DNA of 64,000 nt from Candidatus Moraniibacteriota bacterium (GCA_013336225.1 JAAXUC010000001.1:99949-163948), one strand, 5' to 3'; positions 9,682 to 20,478 are shown, numbered from the stretch's first letter. Notes: a model not told the origin generated them from the sequence alone. A program made the numbers and translations.

Positions 9682-12600
9682 ATGGAAAATATTACTAAAG
9701 TGAGCGATTTCAATAGCGTCCGACTTCGATTGGCAAGTCCGGACGCAATCATGAATTGGTCTCACGGTGAAATTACCAAACCAGAAACAATCAATTATCG
9801 CACCCAGCGCTACGAAAAAGATGGTCTTTTTTGCGAAAAAATCTTTGGACCTTCCAAGGATTGGGAATGTTATTGTGGAAAATACAAGCGAATTCGCTAT
9901 AAGGGGATCGTTTGCGACAAGTGCGGAGTCGAAGTGACTCGCTCAATTGTTCGTCGCGAACGCATGGGACACATCAAATTGGCTGTGCCAGTTTCTCATA
10001 TTTGGTTTTTGCGAGGTGTGCCTTCAAAAATTGGCTCAGCTCTTGGGCTTGGAGTGCAAGATCTTGAAAAAGTCATCTATTTTTCAGCTTACATCATCAA
10101 GGAAGTGAACGAAGAAGTTCGCGACCGAGTGATTGAACAATTGGAACAGGAGTATAAGATGAAGCAAAAAGAAATCAAAGGTGGCAAAACTGACAACGAA
10201 CGTGGCGCAGAGGCTATGTTGGATGAACTTCGCGAGCAATATAAAGGTGTTAAAGATGATTTGAAGAACCTTAAGCCGATGCAAATTCTTTCAGAATTGG
10301 AATATTTCAATCTTTCATCTCGCTATGGCCAGGTTTTCTCTGCTGGAATTGGAGCTGAAGCAGTGCGCTCAGTTTTGGAATCAATGGATATTGAGAAAAT
10401 GATCAAATATGTGAAGAAGGAGCTGGAAAATGAAGATACTGCTGACAAGAAAAAGCTTTTCAAGCGCATGAAATTGTTCCAAGGATTCAAAAAAGCTGGT
10501 CTTAAGCTTGAATGGATGCTTCCGACAGCAATTCCAGTCATTCCACCAGATTTGCGACCAATGGTTGCTCTTGATGGAGGACGCTTTGCAACTTCCGATT
10601 TGAATGATCTTTATCGTCGCATCATCAACAGAAACAATCGTTTGAAGAAATTGATTGATCTTGGTGCGCCTGAAGTTATCACTCGAAATGAAAAACGCAT
10701 GCTGCAAGAAGCAGTGGATGCACTTTTCGACAACTCTGCTCGCAAAGGACAATCTTCTGTGGCTGCTTCAACTGGACAACGCAGGCCTTTGCGTTCATTG
10801 GCTGATGCACTTAAAGGAAAGCAAGGACGTTTCCGACAAAACTTGCTTGGAAAACGTGTGGATTATTCAGGACGATCTGTGATTGTGGTTGGACCGCAGC
10901 TTAAACTTCATCAAGCTGGTCTGCCGAAGAAAATGGCTTTGGAATTGTTCAAACCGTTTATCATCAACAAATTGATTGAAAAAGAATTTGCGCACAATGT
11001 TAGAACCGCCGGAAGAATGGTTGATGCTGAAGCGGAAGAAGCATATGAAATCTTGGATGAAATCATTGAACACCACTATGTGCTTTTGAATCGTGCTCCA
11101 ACCTTGCATCGTTTGTCTATTCAAGCTTTCCAACCCGTGTTGATTGAGGGAAAAGCTATTCAAGTTCATCCGATGGTTTGTGCAGCGTTCAATGCTGACT
11201 TCGATGGAGATCAAATGGCTGTGCATGTGCCATTGACTGACCAAGCTCGCGAAGAAAGTGCAAACATCATGCTTTCATCAAAGAACTTGCTCAAGCCTGC
11301 GTCTGGAGAACCGATTGCGGTGCCTTCCAAAGATATCGTGCTCGGAATATATTTCATCACTCACATCAAAGCTGGCGTGAAAGGTGAAGGAAAAATCTTT
11401 GCAACTGAGGAGGAAGCACTTTTGGCTTATCAACTCGGATATATTGCAATCAATGCAAAAATCAAAGTTGACATCGATGGCGCAATCCTGGAAACATCTG
11501 CGGGACGCATCATGCTTAATGACATTTTGCCAACCGAACTTCGTTACATCAATGAAGAAATGACGCAAAAAGAAATCAAGCAATTGGTAGCTAAGATGCT
11601 TCGCATGAAAGGGCAGGAAGACACTGCAGCGTTCATTGATCGCATCAAATCACTTGGATTCAAGATGGCATCACGCTCTGGTATTTCTTGGGGAATGGAC
11701 GATCTTAAACAATCTCCAGTGAAAAAGGAAGCTATGATCAAAGCTGAAGCTGAAGTTTCAACTATCAATGGACAATATGCAATGGGACTTTTGACTGAAG
11801 AAGAAAGAAAAAATCGTGTCATTGAAATTTGGAATCGTACCAAAAACTTTATTGCTGACGATGTGAAAGCATCTTTGGATAAGGAAGGTTCAGTGTATAC
11901 CATGGTTCATTCAAAAGCTCGAGGATCTGAATCAGTGGTGGTGCAGATGATGGGTATGAAAGGACTTGTGGCTGGACCGACTGGAGAAACGATTGAATTG
12001 CCAGTAAAAAGCTCCTTTAAAGAAGGTTTCAATGTGTTGGAATATTTCATTTCAACTCATGGAGCTCGAAAAGGTATGGCTGATACTGCTCTTCGAACTG
12101 CGACTGCTGGATATTTGACTCGTCGTCTTGTGGATGTGTCTCAAGATATCATTGTGCGCGAAGAAGATTGCGGCGATGTTGAAGGAGCATACATGTACAA
12201 AGAAGATTCTGATCGCGTTGGACAAAGCTTTGCAGTGCGTGTGGAAGGACGATATCTTGCAGAAGATGTGATTGATCCAAAAACCAAGAAAGTTATCGTG
12301 AAAGCTGGCGTGATGGCAACCAAGGAAGACGGTTTGGCTGTCGAGGCTGCCAACATTGAGAAAGTCAAGATTCGCAGCGTGGTGACTTGCAAAAGCAAAC
12401 GTGGAATCTGTCGACATTGCTATGGAATTGATCTTGGACGCAGCGAATTGGTTAAGATCGGACAAGCTGTTGGTGTGGTGGCTGCACAAGCTATCGGCGA
12501 GCCAGGAACACAGCTAACTATGCGTACTTTCCATACTGGAGGTGTTGCGGGTGGATCTGATATCACTCAAGGACTTCCACGTGTTGAAGAAATTTTTGAA

Positions 12601-13260
12601 TGTCGTCCACCGAAGGGAGAAGCGATGATTTCAGAAGTTGACGGAAAAATCACTGAAGTGGTGAGCGAAAACAAGAAAACTGTCACTGTGAAGGTTGAAA
12701 CCACTGAGGGAGAAATCGTTGAATATCAAGTTCCAGCTGAATCAACCTTGGTTGTTTCCAAGGGACAACTCATTGGAAAGGGAACACAATTGAATGAAGG
12801 TCACATCGATCTCAAAAAATTGTTTGAAACCATGGGGCAAGAAGCGATTCAACGCTATGTTATTGGTGAGGTTAAGGAAATTTATGCTGCGCAAGGTGAA
12901 CCTCTTCAAGACAAGCATGTTGAAGTCATCATTCGCCAAATGCTTTCTCGTGTGAAAGTTTTGACTGCAGGAGACACTGATCTTTTGCCTGGTGATATCG
13001 TTGAAAAAGATCAATTTGAAGAATCAAACAATGAAGCGATTGCTGCCAAGGAGGAAATTGCAACTGGTGAACAACTCATCATGGGAATCACAAAAGTTGC
13101 GCTTTCAACTGAATCATTCCTTTCAGCTGCATCCTTCCAGGAAACTGCTCGCGTTCTGATTAATGCTGCAGTAACCGGAAAAGATGATCGTTTGCGAGGA
13201 CTCAAAGAAAATGTGATTATCGGACGTCTGATTCCTGCTGGAACTGGATACCGAAAATAG
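9682..13260 (+). CDS. rpoC: RNA polymerase beta' subunit; start moved from 9649 to ATG 9682
   Basis: NADFDGD catalytic motif, Zn ribbon CYCGKYK...CDKC, GEPGTQLTMRTFH. Confidence 0.99.
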   Translation: MENITKVSDFNSVRLRLASPDAIMNWSHGEITKPETINYRTQRYEKDGLFCEKIFGPSKDWECYCGKYKRIRYKGIVCDKCGVEVTRSIVRRERMGHIKLAVPVSHIWFLRGVPSKIGSALGLGVQDLEKVIYFSAYIIKEVNEEVRDRVIEQLEQEYKMKQKEIKGGKTDNERGAEAMLDELREQYKGVKDDLKNLKPMQILSELEYFNLSSRYGQVFSAGIGAEAVRSVLESMDIEKMIKYVKKELENEDTADKKKLFKRMKLFQGFKKAGLKLEWMLPTAIPVIPPDLRPMVALDGGRFATSDLNDLYRRIINRNNRLKKLIDLGAPEVITRNEKRMLQEAVDALFDNSARKGQSSVAASTGQRRPLRSLADALKGKQGRFRQNLLGKRVDYSGRSVIVVGPQLKLHQAGLPKKMALELFKPFIINKLIEKEFAHNVRTAGRMVDAEAEEAYEILDEIIEHHYVLLNRAPTLHRLSIQAFQPVLIEGKAIQVHPMVCAAFNADFDGDQMAVHVPLTDQAREESANIMLSSKNLLKPASGEPIAVPSKDIVLGIYFITHIKAGVKGEGKIFATEEEALLAYQLGYIAINAKIKVDIDGAILETSAGRIMLNDILPTELRYINEEMTQKEIKQLVAKMLRMKGQEDTAAFIDRIKSLGFKMASRSGISWGMDDLKQSPVKKEAMIKAEAEVSTINGQYAMGLLTEEERKNRVIEIWNRTKNFIADDVKASLDKEGSVYTMVHSKARGSESVVVQMMGMKGLVAGPTGETIELPVKSSFKEGFNVLEYFISTHGARKGMADTALRTATAGYLTRRLVDVSQDIIVREEDCGDVEGAYMYKEDSDRVGQSFAVRVEGRYLAEDVIDPKTKKVIVKAGVMATKEDGLAVEAANIEKVKIRSVVTCKSKRGICRHCYGIDLGRSELVKIGQAVGVVAAQAIGEPGTQLTMRTFHTGGVAGGSDITQGLPRVEEIFECRPPKGEAMISEVDGKITEVVSENKKTVTVKVETTEGEIVEYQVPAESTLVVSKGQLIGKGTQLNEGHIDLKKLFETMGQEAIQRYVIGEVKEIYAAQGEPLQDKHVEVIIRQMLSRVKVLTAGDTDLLPGDIVEKDQFEESNNEAIAAKEEIATGEQLIMGITKVALSTESFLSAASFQETARVLINAAVTGKDDRLRGLKENVIIGRLIPAGTGYRK

Positions 13261-13308
13261 TAAAAATAGTACAAAACTTTGCTCACTTTTGAGCAGTATG
13301 GAAACATT

Positions 13309-13337
13309 AAACGTCTCACGAAAGTGAGGCGTTTTTT
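13309..13337 (+). terminator. Intrinsic terminator after rpoC
   Basis: acgtctcac-gaaa-gtgaggcg-tttttt. Confidence 0.8.
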
Positions 13338-13529
13338 GTTGTCAAAATTTGTCATATCTTAGCCAAAATTAGTGGTTATCCACAGTGTTGTCTTGCAGTG
13401 ATAAAGCATCAGTGTTAGAATAACATTGTTGAGAAAAAAGTTTATGCAAATTTGAAAATAAAAATAATAAAAAAATAATCTGTTAATCCATTAATCCTTT
13501 AATTCATTAATTATTAATAAAAAAATAAT

Positions 13530-14192
13530 ATGCAACTAACCGCCAAACAAAAAAACATTCTCGAATCAATTCGAGAACTCACCATGCAAAAAGGTGAAAA
13601 ACCAACCAGCTATCGTGTGTGCAAGCATCTTGTTTCGCAAGGAGCAAAGGAGAGCATGAAAAGCGTGATGCAAGTGATTGAATCACTTGAAAAAAAGGAA
13701 CTCATTACACGCGATGACAACAAGAAAATTTATTTGGTGGAAAACGACAGCTATGGCGATGCTCAAAATGTCATGTCCATCCCGCTTTATGGTTTGGCTT
13801 CTTGCGGCGAAGCGTTGGCTTATGCTGATGACAGCAGCACTGATGATTTTTTGCAACTTTCTCGCAGCCTTTTCCATCGCGCTGAGCCGGAAAAACTTTT
13901 TGCAGTCAAAGCGCTTGGAGACTCGATGAACAAAGAGGGAATCGGCGATGGCGATTATGTCATTTTTGAAAAAGCTGAAGGGCAAAGTGATTTTGAGGGA
14001 AAAATTGTGGTGGCCGTGATCAATGGCATGGCAACCATCAAGAGATATAAGAATGTTGGCAAAGGAATCATCGGACTTTTTCCGCATTCCACCAATGAGA
14101 CTCATCATCCAATTTATTTGTCAGAAGTCGACGTGATTTTTGTGGCTGGAATTTTCAAAAAAGTTTTGCCCGTAAAATTTATAAGCTTATAA
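13530..14192 (+). CDS. LexA-like repressor (N-terminal wHTH plus S24 peptidase)
   Basis: LTAKQKNIL N-terminus, ASCG cleavage site, GDSM serine, ATIKR lysine. Confidence 0.82.
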   Translation: MQLTAKQKNILESIRELTMQKGEKPTSYRVCKHLVSQGAKESMKSVMQVIESLEKKELITRDDNKKIYLVENDSYGDAQNVMSIPLYGLASCGEALAYADDSSTDDFLQLSRSLFHRAEPEKLFAVKALGDSMNKEGIGDGDYVIFEKAEGQSDFEGKIVVAVINGMATIKRYKNVGKGIIGLFPHSTNETHHPIYLSEVDVIFVAGIFKKVLPVKFISL

Positions 14193-14326
14193 GACAACAG
14201 TAATCTGTCTTTATCGTCATACGTTTTGTTTTTAGATTATTGAAATAAAAGTAACAGTCATCAGTTAATCGGTCATTAGTCATCAATGTGAGCAAGAAGA
14301 TGATTGATGACAAATGACAGATTGCT

Positions 14327-14644
14327 ATGGATTTATTTATGGACATCATAACCACAATTGAATGTTTGATGATAACGGCAATTGTATTGTATCTGCTTGG
14401 AATTGGAGCGGTGTGGATCTATGAGTTCAAGAAAAGCGCTTTGTATCGTCAGATGAAGCAAGAGTTGGAGCTACTGGAAAGATTTAACCTTAGCAGAGCC
14501 GTAATTCACGCCAAATCCTACAGAATTAATGAAAATTATCGTAAAAATTCCTTGAAATTGGAAAGAGTGCAGCAATTTATTTTAAAAAATGTGTTGTTAA
14601 TAGGCAGTTTTAATCGTTTAGCGTCAGCACCTAATCAAAAGTAA
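14327..14644 (+). CDS. Hypothetical single-TM protein
   Basis: 105-aa ORF with N-terminal hydrophobic helix. Confidence 0.5.
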   Translation: MDLFMDIITTIECLMITAIVLYLLGIGAVWIYEFKKSALYRQMKQELELLERFNLSRAVIHAKSYRINENYRKNSLKLERVQQFILKNVLLIGSFNRLASAPNQK

Positions 14645-14858
14645 GAAAACCGAATGGGCTGCCTGATGACAAGCGTGGTACTTTAAAAACAAAATGTGGA
14701 AATAAGCTGACTTATGTGCTAGAATAAGTGTATTATGCTGATTGAATGATGATTTTTTTCCTCATTTAAATGGCTAATTTCCGAGAGGACTGAATAATAA
14801 TTACATTTATTGGTGAGGTTATTTTGAGTAAATCTCAGCTTAATTTTCACTGCTTAAT

Positions 14859-17228
14859 ATGGGAAGAAGAAAAAAACAACAAGAGGAAGTTGAAAAAGAA
14901 GAATCAAAACCTGTTATTCATGGAGATGCGAAACGTTCCGTGGTGGCAATTTTTTTGTTCACTTTGGCTGTATTGTTTATCTTGGGATTTTTGTCTGACA
15001 AGAAAATTGTTGATGCAGGAGCAATAGGAGCACTTTTGAATTCTGTTGCGGGCTGGTTGTTTGGAGTTGGAAAATATATTTCTCCAATCGTACTGATCAT
15101 TGCTGGAATTATTTTGCTTTTTCGCAAAGAGACTTCATTTTATGTTTCAAAGCTTATCGGACTCTCGATTGCTTTTGCCGGTGCACTTGGCTTGATTCAT
15201 ATCCTATTTTATGATCCTGAAAAAATGCTGAAGATTGCACAACAAGGAGAAGGGGGTGGTTTTTTGGGATATGTCTTTGCGTTTATGCTGCTCAAGCTCG
15301 CTGGTAAAATTGGAGGTTCAGTGATTTTGTTTGCGTTATTGTCAATCGGTGTTATCGTGGCTTTCAATTTTTCCTTGGTTGCTGTGATTGAAAAATTCTT
15401 CAGAGAAAAAATCAAACAAGAAGAATCTGAAGAAGATGAAGAGGATCATGAGCAGGAATCAGAACCAGAGGAAGAGGAAGAGGCTGTGCTGGAAGATCCA
15501 ACGGTGGAAGTCGAAAATGTTCAAGAGGAGCTGATTGAAGAGTCAGAACAGGAAGTGGAAAAAGAGGATCGCATGAATGATGTCCTGAAAAAAGCTGCTG
15601 CCTGGATGCCTAAAGGAAAAGGGAATGGCAAATTGGCAGAGACAAAAAAGGATCAGTCTGATCTTGTTTGGAAATTACCGCCGATTGAATTGCTCAATAA
15701 TGAAATTGAAAAAGCTCAAGGTGGAGATGTGCAAAAAAATGCCAAAATAATTCAAGACACCTTGCATAACTTTGGAATTGAAGTTGAATTGGGAGAGATA
15801 AAAACTGGTCCGACTGTCACTCAATATAGTTTCCGTCCTGCAGTCGGGGTGAAATTGAGCAGAATCACCACGCTCAGCAGTGATTTGGCTCTGCGTTTGG
15901 CAGCACGGCAAGTGCGCATTGAAGCACCAATCCCAGGTAAATCATTGGTTGGAATTGAAGTTCCAAACAAAACAAATGCGGTCATCAGATTGCCAGAACT
16001 TTTGCAGGCGTTGGAATTTGAAAACAGAAAATCAAATTTATTGTTAGCTCTGGGCAAAGATGTTAGTGGGAATTACATTTTTGGAGACTTGAAAAAAATG
16101 CCTCACTTATTGATTGCTGGTTCAACTGGTAGTGGAAAGAGTGTTTGCATCAACACCATTTTGCTTTCAATGTTATATCAAAATTCTCCAGACGAATTGA
16201 AGCTCATCCTGGTTGATCCTAAGCGAGTGGAACTCACTCCATATAATGGAATTCCACATTTGCTGACGGATGTGATCGTGGAGAATGGAAAGGTTCTCAG
16301 TGCGCTGAAATGGGCAATTGGTGAAATGGAGCGACGTTATAAACTGTTGCAAGGTGTTGGCTCAAAAGATATCGCTTCTTTCAATAAGAAGGTTGAAGGT
16401 GGCGAGAAGCTTAAAAAAGTTGATACTGAAACCGGTGAGATTACTGAAGAGGAAATCACTAAACTTCCATTTATTGTTATTGTGATTGATGAACTGGCTG
16501 ATTTGATGGCATCACATGGAAAAGAAGTTGAAGGTGTGATCATTCGCTTGGCGCAAATGGCTCGTGCGGTGGGAATTCATTTGATTCTCAGTACGCAAAA
16601 ACCAATCGTCACTGTCATTACAAGTTTGATCAAATCAAACATTCCAACGCGGGTGGCATTTCGAGTTCCATCCTTAATGGATTCACGCACAATTTTGGAT
16701 GCCAGTGGTGCAGAAAAACTCTTGGGAAATGGTGATATGCTCTTCTCTGCTGCAGAAGCTGTTGATCTGCGCAGAGTGCAGGGTGTGTTTGTTTCAGAAG
16801 AGGAAATCAAGAGAGTGGTTGAATTCATTAAGAAACAAAAGTTTGAAAAGATTGAAGATGATCTTGAAGACGAAATTGTTTCAGAGGAAAAAGTTCAAGG
16901 CAATAAAAATGGTGAAGTTAAGACTGTGCAATACAGCGATAGGATTGATTTCGATGCAATCGTGGCTAATGAACAAGAAGACGCGCGCTATGATGAAGCC
17001 AAGCAAGTCGTGATTCAAGCAGGTAAGGCATCTTCATCGCTTTTGCAAAGAAGATTGCGCATTGGATATTCCAGAGCCGCCAGCTTGATTGACATGTTGG
17101 AGGAGCGCGGTATCATTGGCGAAGCAGATGGAGCAAAGCCCAGGGAAATCCTTGTTTCCAGGGATGATCAGCCAGCATATGAGGATCCATCAGCAGATCA
17201 AATAGCGAGAGATAAATGGCAAATGTAA
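14859..17228 (+). CDS. ftsK: DNA translocase FtsK/SpoIIIE
   Basis: 4TM N-terminus, GSTGSGKS Walker A, IDELADLM, gamma domain LQRRLRIGYSRAA. Confidence 0.97.
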   Translation: MGRRKKQQEEVEKEESKPVIHGDAKRSVVAIFLFTLAVLFILGFLSDKKIVDAGAIGALLNSVAGWLFGVGKYISPIVLIIAGIILLFRKETSFYVSKLIGLSIAFAGALGLIHILFYDPEKMLKIAQQGEGGGFLGYVFAFMLLKLAGKIGGSVILFALLSIGVIVAFNFSLVAVIEKFFREKIKQEESEEDEEDHEQESEPEEEEEAVLEDPTVEVENVQEELIEESEQEVEKEDRMNDVLKKAAAWMPKGKGNGKLAETKKDQSDLVWKLPPIELLNNEIEKAQGGDVQKNAKIIQDTLHNFGIEVELGEIKTGPTVTQYSFRPAVGVKLSRITTLSSDLALRLAARQVRIEAPIPGKSLVGIEVPNKTNAVIRLPELLQALEFENRKSNLLLALGKDVSGNYIFGDLKKMPHLLIAGSTGSGKSVCINTILLSMLYQNSPDELKLILVDPKRVELTPYNGIPHLLTDVIVENGKVLSALKWAIGEMERRYKLLQGVGSKDIASFNKKVEGGEKLKKVDTETGEITEEEITKLPFIVIVIDELADLMASHGKEVEGVIIRLAQMARAVGIHLILSTQKPIVTVITSLIKSNIPTRVAFRVPSLMDSRTILDASGAEKLLGNGDMLFSAAEAVDLRRVQGVFVSEEEIKRVVEFIKKQKFEKIEDDLEDEIVSEEKVQGNKNGEVKTVQYSDRIDFDAIVANEQEDARYDEAKQVVIQAGKASSSLLQRRLRIGYSRAASLIDMLEERGIIGEADGAKPREILVSRDDQPAYEDPSADQIARDKWQM

Positions 17229-17232
17229 TTTC

Positions 17233-18237
17233 ATGGTTCGATTCACCACCAAAAAAATTGATTCATTGACGCTAGGCGAGCGCATGAAAAAACTCAGAGA
17301 TGAGCGCAGACTTAGTCTGAGTGAGGTCTCCAAAGGCACCAAGATTCAGGTGAAATATTTGGAATGCCTTGAAGATGGCGTTTATTTGAAATTGCCTGCC
17401 GATGTATATGTGAAAGGCTTCCTGCGAAGTTATGCTATTTTTATGGGGCTTAATGAACTGGCCCTGATAAAGCAGTTTGAAAGAGAGAAGGGGATTCATA
17501 AAAACATAAAAAAAGTCGCAGACAATGAAGGATCGACTGAGCCAATAAAATTCTCCAGCATCGTGATCACGCCAAAGACGATTATTGTCTCAGCGATCTT
17601 ATTGGTTGTCGTTTCGAGCTTCATCTATCTTTATATGGAAGTGAATAATTTCGTTTCTAAGCCACGCTTAAGCATTAACACGCCAGTTGATGGAACAACC
17701 GTCACTGGAAGCTCAACGCATGTCACAGGCATAGCTGAAAAGGATGCTTTCGTGTTCATTAATGATCAGCCAGTATTGGTCAGTGAAAAAGGCGAGTTCA
17801 GTGAAGATGTTGGATTGAAGTCAGGACTCAATGTCATCAATGTGAAAGCACGCAGTAAATTTGACAAGGAGGATATGAAAGCAGTTTCAGTCAATGCCGT
17901 GTTTGAAGATGATGGTGCCTCTCAAGCAGCAAATGATGTTCCAGCTCAAAATGATTCAGCAGTGGCTCCTGAATCGATAAAATTGGATTTATATGTAAAT
18001 CCAAATCCAACCTGGATGTCAGTTGAGGCTGATGGAAATTTGGTTTATAGCGGAGTGTTGCTTCCACAATCAGTGCAAACATTTAATGCTAAAGAAAAAA
18101 TTAGCATAACTTCTGGAAAAGGCAGTGAAACTTTCATTAAAATAAATGGAAAAGATCTGGGAGTTTTAAGCAGCGATAATGGTGTCGTCAGGGACATTAT
18201 GTACGACGCAAAGGGAAAAGTTGATAGTGCTAAGTAA
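17233..18237 (+). CDS. RodZ-like protein (HTH, TM, Ig-like and DUF4115-like domains)
   Basis: TLGERMKKLR...LPADVYVKGFLRSYA HTH motif; TM helix; position between ftsK and recA. Confidence 0.8.
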   Translation: MVRFTTKKIDSLTLGERMKKLRDERRLSLSEVSKGTKIQVKYLECLEDGVYLKLPADVYVKGFLRSYAIFMGLNELALIKQFEREKGIHKNIKKVADNEGSTEPIKFSSIVITPKTIIVSAILLVVVSSFIYLYMEVNNFVSKPRLSINTPVDGTTVTGSSTHVTGIAEKDAFVFINDQPVLVSEKGEFSEDVGLKSGLNVINVKARSKFDKEDMKAVSVNAVFEDDGASQAANDVPAQNDSAVAPESIKLDLYVNPNPTWMSVEADGNLVYSGVLLPQSVQTFNAKEKISITSGKGSETFIKINGKDLGVLSSDNGVVRDIMYDAKGKVDSAK

Positions 18238-18393
18238 AAAAGAAAATAACATAAATCGTAAGCACTCTGTGCTTGAAATTAAAATCTAAAAAAGTTGATT
18301 AGTTGCGTAGTTGCTTGGTTGATTAGGAAAAAATAAATTATCTTTTAAATCCTGTTTAACTAAAAAACTAATTAACTATTTAATTAAAAATAT

Positions 18394-19440
18394 ATGGCTT
18401 ACGCAGCAAAAGAAAAAAAGGCTCCAAAAGAAGCGGTGGAGGAAATAAAGAATGCAGGGAAAAAAGAGATTGATAAATTGGTGGAGGACATGCAGGAAAA
18501 GTTTGGGGAAGGGATGCTCATGAAATTGGGAGATGTGAAAAGAGTTGATATTGAGGCAATTCCGACCGGTTCAATTTCGCTGGACATTGCTACTGGAATT
18601 GGTGGCATGCCACGTGGGCGTATTGTGGAAATCTATGGGCCGGAGTCTTCAGGAAAAACCACGCTGACCTTGCACGTGGTGGCCAACGCTCAGAAAATGG
18701 GTGGCACAGCAGCATTTGTGGATGCCGAACATGCGCTTGATCCTGAATATGCCAAGAAAATTGGGGTGGATATTAAGAACTTGTTAGTATCGCAACCTGA
18801 CAACGGCGAGCAGGCACTGGACATTGTGGAGTCGTTGGTTCGCTCAGGAGTGGTGGATGTGGTGGTGGTGGACTCAGTTGCAGCCCTTGTGCCAAAAGCT
18901 GAAATTGAAGGCGAAATGGGCGACCAGCATGTTGGACGTCAAGCACGTCTCATGTCTCAAGCTCTGCGAAAATTGACAGCGATCATTGCACGCTCCAACA
19001 CGACAGTTATTTTCATCAATCAGATTCGCATGAAGATTGGAGTGATGTTTGGCAATCCCGAAACGACCACTGGAGGACAAGCGCTCAAATTTTATTCTTC
19101 AGTGCGTGTGGAAGTTCGGCGCGCTGCGCAAATCAAAAAAGGTGAGGATGTGGTTGGAAATCGCGTGAAAGTTAAGATTGTGAAAAACAAAGTCGCCCCA
19201 CCATTTAAAACTGCTGAATTTGACATCATGTATAACGAAGGAATCTCATTGGCTGGAGACCTCTTGGATGCCGGGGTGAAATTTGAAGTGGTGAAAAAAT
19301 CTGGCAATTCACTTTCATATGGTGAAACTAAATTGGGAGCTGGCAGGGAAAGTGCCAAAGCATTTTTGCGTGAAGACAAGAAAATTGCTGAGAAAATTTT
19401 CAAAGAAATTGCTGAGAAAGCAAAATTGGTCGTGCTGTAA
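18394..19440 (+). CDS. recA: Recombinase A
   Basis: [30 protein letters not shown]. Confidence 0.99.
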   Translation: MAYAAKEKKAPKEAVEEIKNAGKKEIDKLVEDMQEKFGEGMLMKLGDVKRVDIEAIPTGSISLDIATGIGGMPRGRIVEIYGPESSGKTTLTLHVVANAQKMGGTAAFVDAEHALDPEYAKKIGVDIKNLLVSQPDNGEQALDIVESLVRSGVVDVVVVDSVAALVPKAEIEGEMGDQHVGRQARLMSQALRKLTAIIARSNTTVIFINQIRMKIGVMFGNPETTTGGQALKFYSSVRVEVRRAAQIKKGEDVVGNRVKVKIVKNKVAPPFKTAEFDIMYNEGISLAGDLLDAGVKFEVVKKSGNSLSYGETKLGAGRESAKAFLREDKKIAEKIFKEIAEKAKLVVL

Positions 19441-19502
19441 TTTGGATGCCATTGAATTTTGTGCAATAATAGAAACATCCGGATCTGGTAGAAATCCCAA
19501 AC

Positions 19503-19583
19503 TTGACTTTTGTCTAAAAAGGGTGTATACTGTATCTATAGAGATGAGAACCGGGTGATTAATCGCCGCGGTTCTTTTCTTTT
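19503..19583 (+). promoter_or_regulatory. Sigma70 promoter followed by bulged-G hairpin and U-tract (motif copy B)
   Basis: TTGACT-17-TATACT, then gagaaccgggtgattaatcgccgcggttcttttctttt. Confidence 0.7.
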
Positions 19584-19655
19584 AAAAGACAATTTAATAA
19601 CTAATTAACCCATTAATCAATTTTTGCTCGGGGGAGCAAGATAAAACAAAAACGT

Positions 19656-19799
19656 ATGCCAACAAAAACACACAAATGTGTGCATTGCGCAAAAAGAGCT
19701 CACCATGAAGCTCAGCAAGAAGAATTTAATTTCGCAGTGCTGATCGCACTTGTCCCTTTAATGGTCTTCACCTTATTCGGACAAATTGGACTCTTCTAA
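19656..19799 (+). CDS. 47-aa small membrane protein with CxxC/His cluster (MPTKTHKCVHCAKRAHHE...GQIGLF)
   Basis: Open frame after an A-rich leader, C-terminal TM helix, own promoter, terminator at about 19811-19839. Confidence 0.7.
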   Translation: MPTKTHKCVHCAKRAHHEAQQEEFNFAVLIALVPLMVFTLFGQIGLF

Positions 19800-19844
19800 A
19801 TCCAAATTGAAATCCTACTTTTTTAGTAGGATTTTTTTTGTAAC

Positions 19845-19871
19845 AAAAAACCATCCTTGCGGATGGTTTTT
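19845..19871 (-). terminator. Intrinsic terminator after efp
   Basis: aaaaaccatcc-ttgc-ggatggttttt. Confidence 0.75.
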
Positions 19872-19896
19872 ATGATTGCGTATTTTTTTCTAAAAG

Positions 19897-20454
19897 CTAT
19901 GCTCTTGAAACGTAGGCGCCTTTTTCAGTGTTGACGATGATTTTGTCTCCTTCATTTACGAAGAGGGGGGTTGTGACTTTCAATCCTGTTTCCAGGGTTA
20001 CAACTTTGTCTCCACCTGATGAAGTGTCGCCTTTGACTCCTGGTGGAGCTTCAACAACTGTCAAGGTCACTTTGATTGGAAGCTCAATGTTTACTGGGAT
20101 TTCATTGAAGTTGAGCACGCTCACTTCAGTTCCTTCCAATAAAAACAGATAAGCATTTCCAATCACATCCTTGGCCAAGGAAAATTGGTCGTAGGTATTC
20201 ATATCCATGAATACGAAACCATCTTGCTCAGCGTAGAGATATTGTGCTTTGGATTTTGACATGTCAGCTTCATCAGCTTTGTCTGATCCGTTGAAAGTTT
20301 TTTCCAACACGCTTCCGTTGAGAAGATTCTTGAGTTTTGTTCGTAGCACTGCGCCAGCTCTTCCAGTCTTGGAATGCTCAGCAGAAAGAACAACATAGGG
20401 AGAACCTTCCCAAAGAATGTTTTTTCCGGCTTTGATATCACTTATTCCTAACAT
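19897..20454 (-). CDS. efp: Elongation factor P
   Basis: HSKTGRAGA loop, PGVKGDT, PLFVNEGDKI.VNT..G.YVSR. Confidence 0.97.
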   Translation of the reverse strand: MLGISDIKAGKNILWEGSPYVVLSAEHSKTGRAGAVLRTKLKNLLNGSVLEKTFNGSDKADEADMSKSKAQYLYAEQDGFVFMDMNTYDQFSLAKDVIGNAYLFLLEGTEVSVLNFNEIPVNIELPIKVTLTVVEAPPGVKGDTSSGGDKVVTLETGLKVTTPLFVNEGDKIIVNTEKGAYVSRA

Positions 20455-20478
20455 AATTTTTTTATCGTTATTTTTATT

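Noticed and set aside
13376..13384. Replication origin
   Set aside because: Only isolated DnaA boxes (another at 62158-62166 inside an ORF); no cluster and no dnaA/dnaN.
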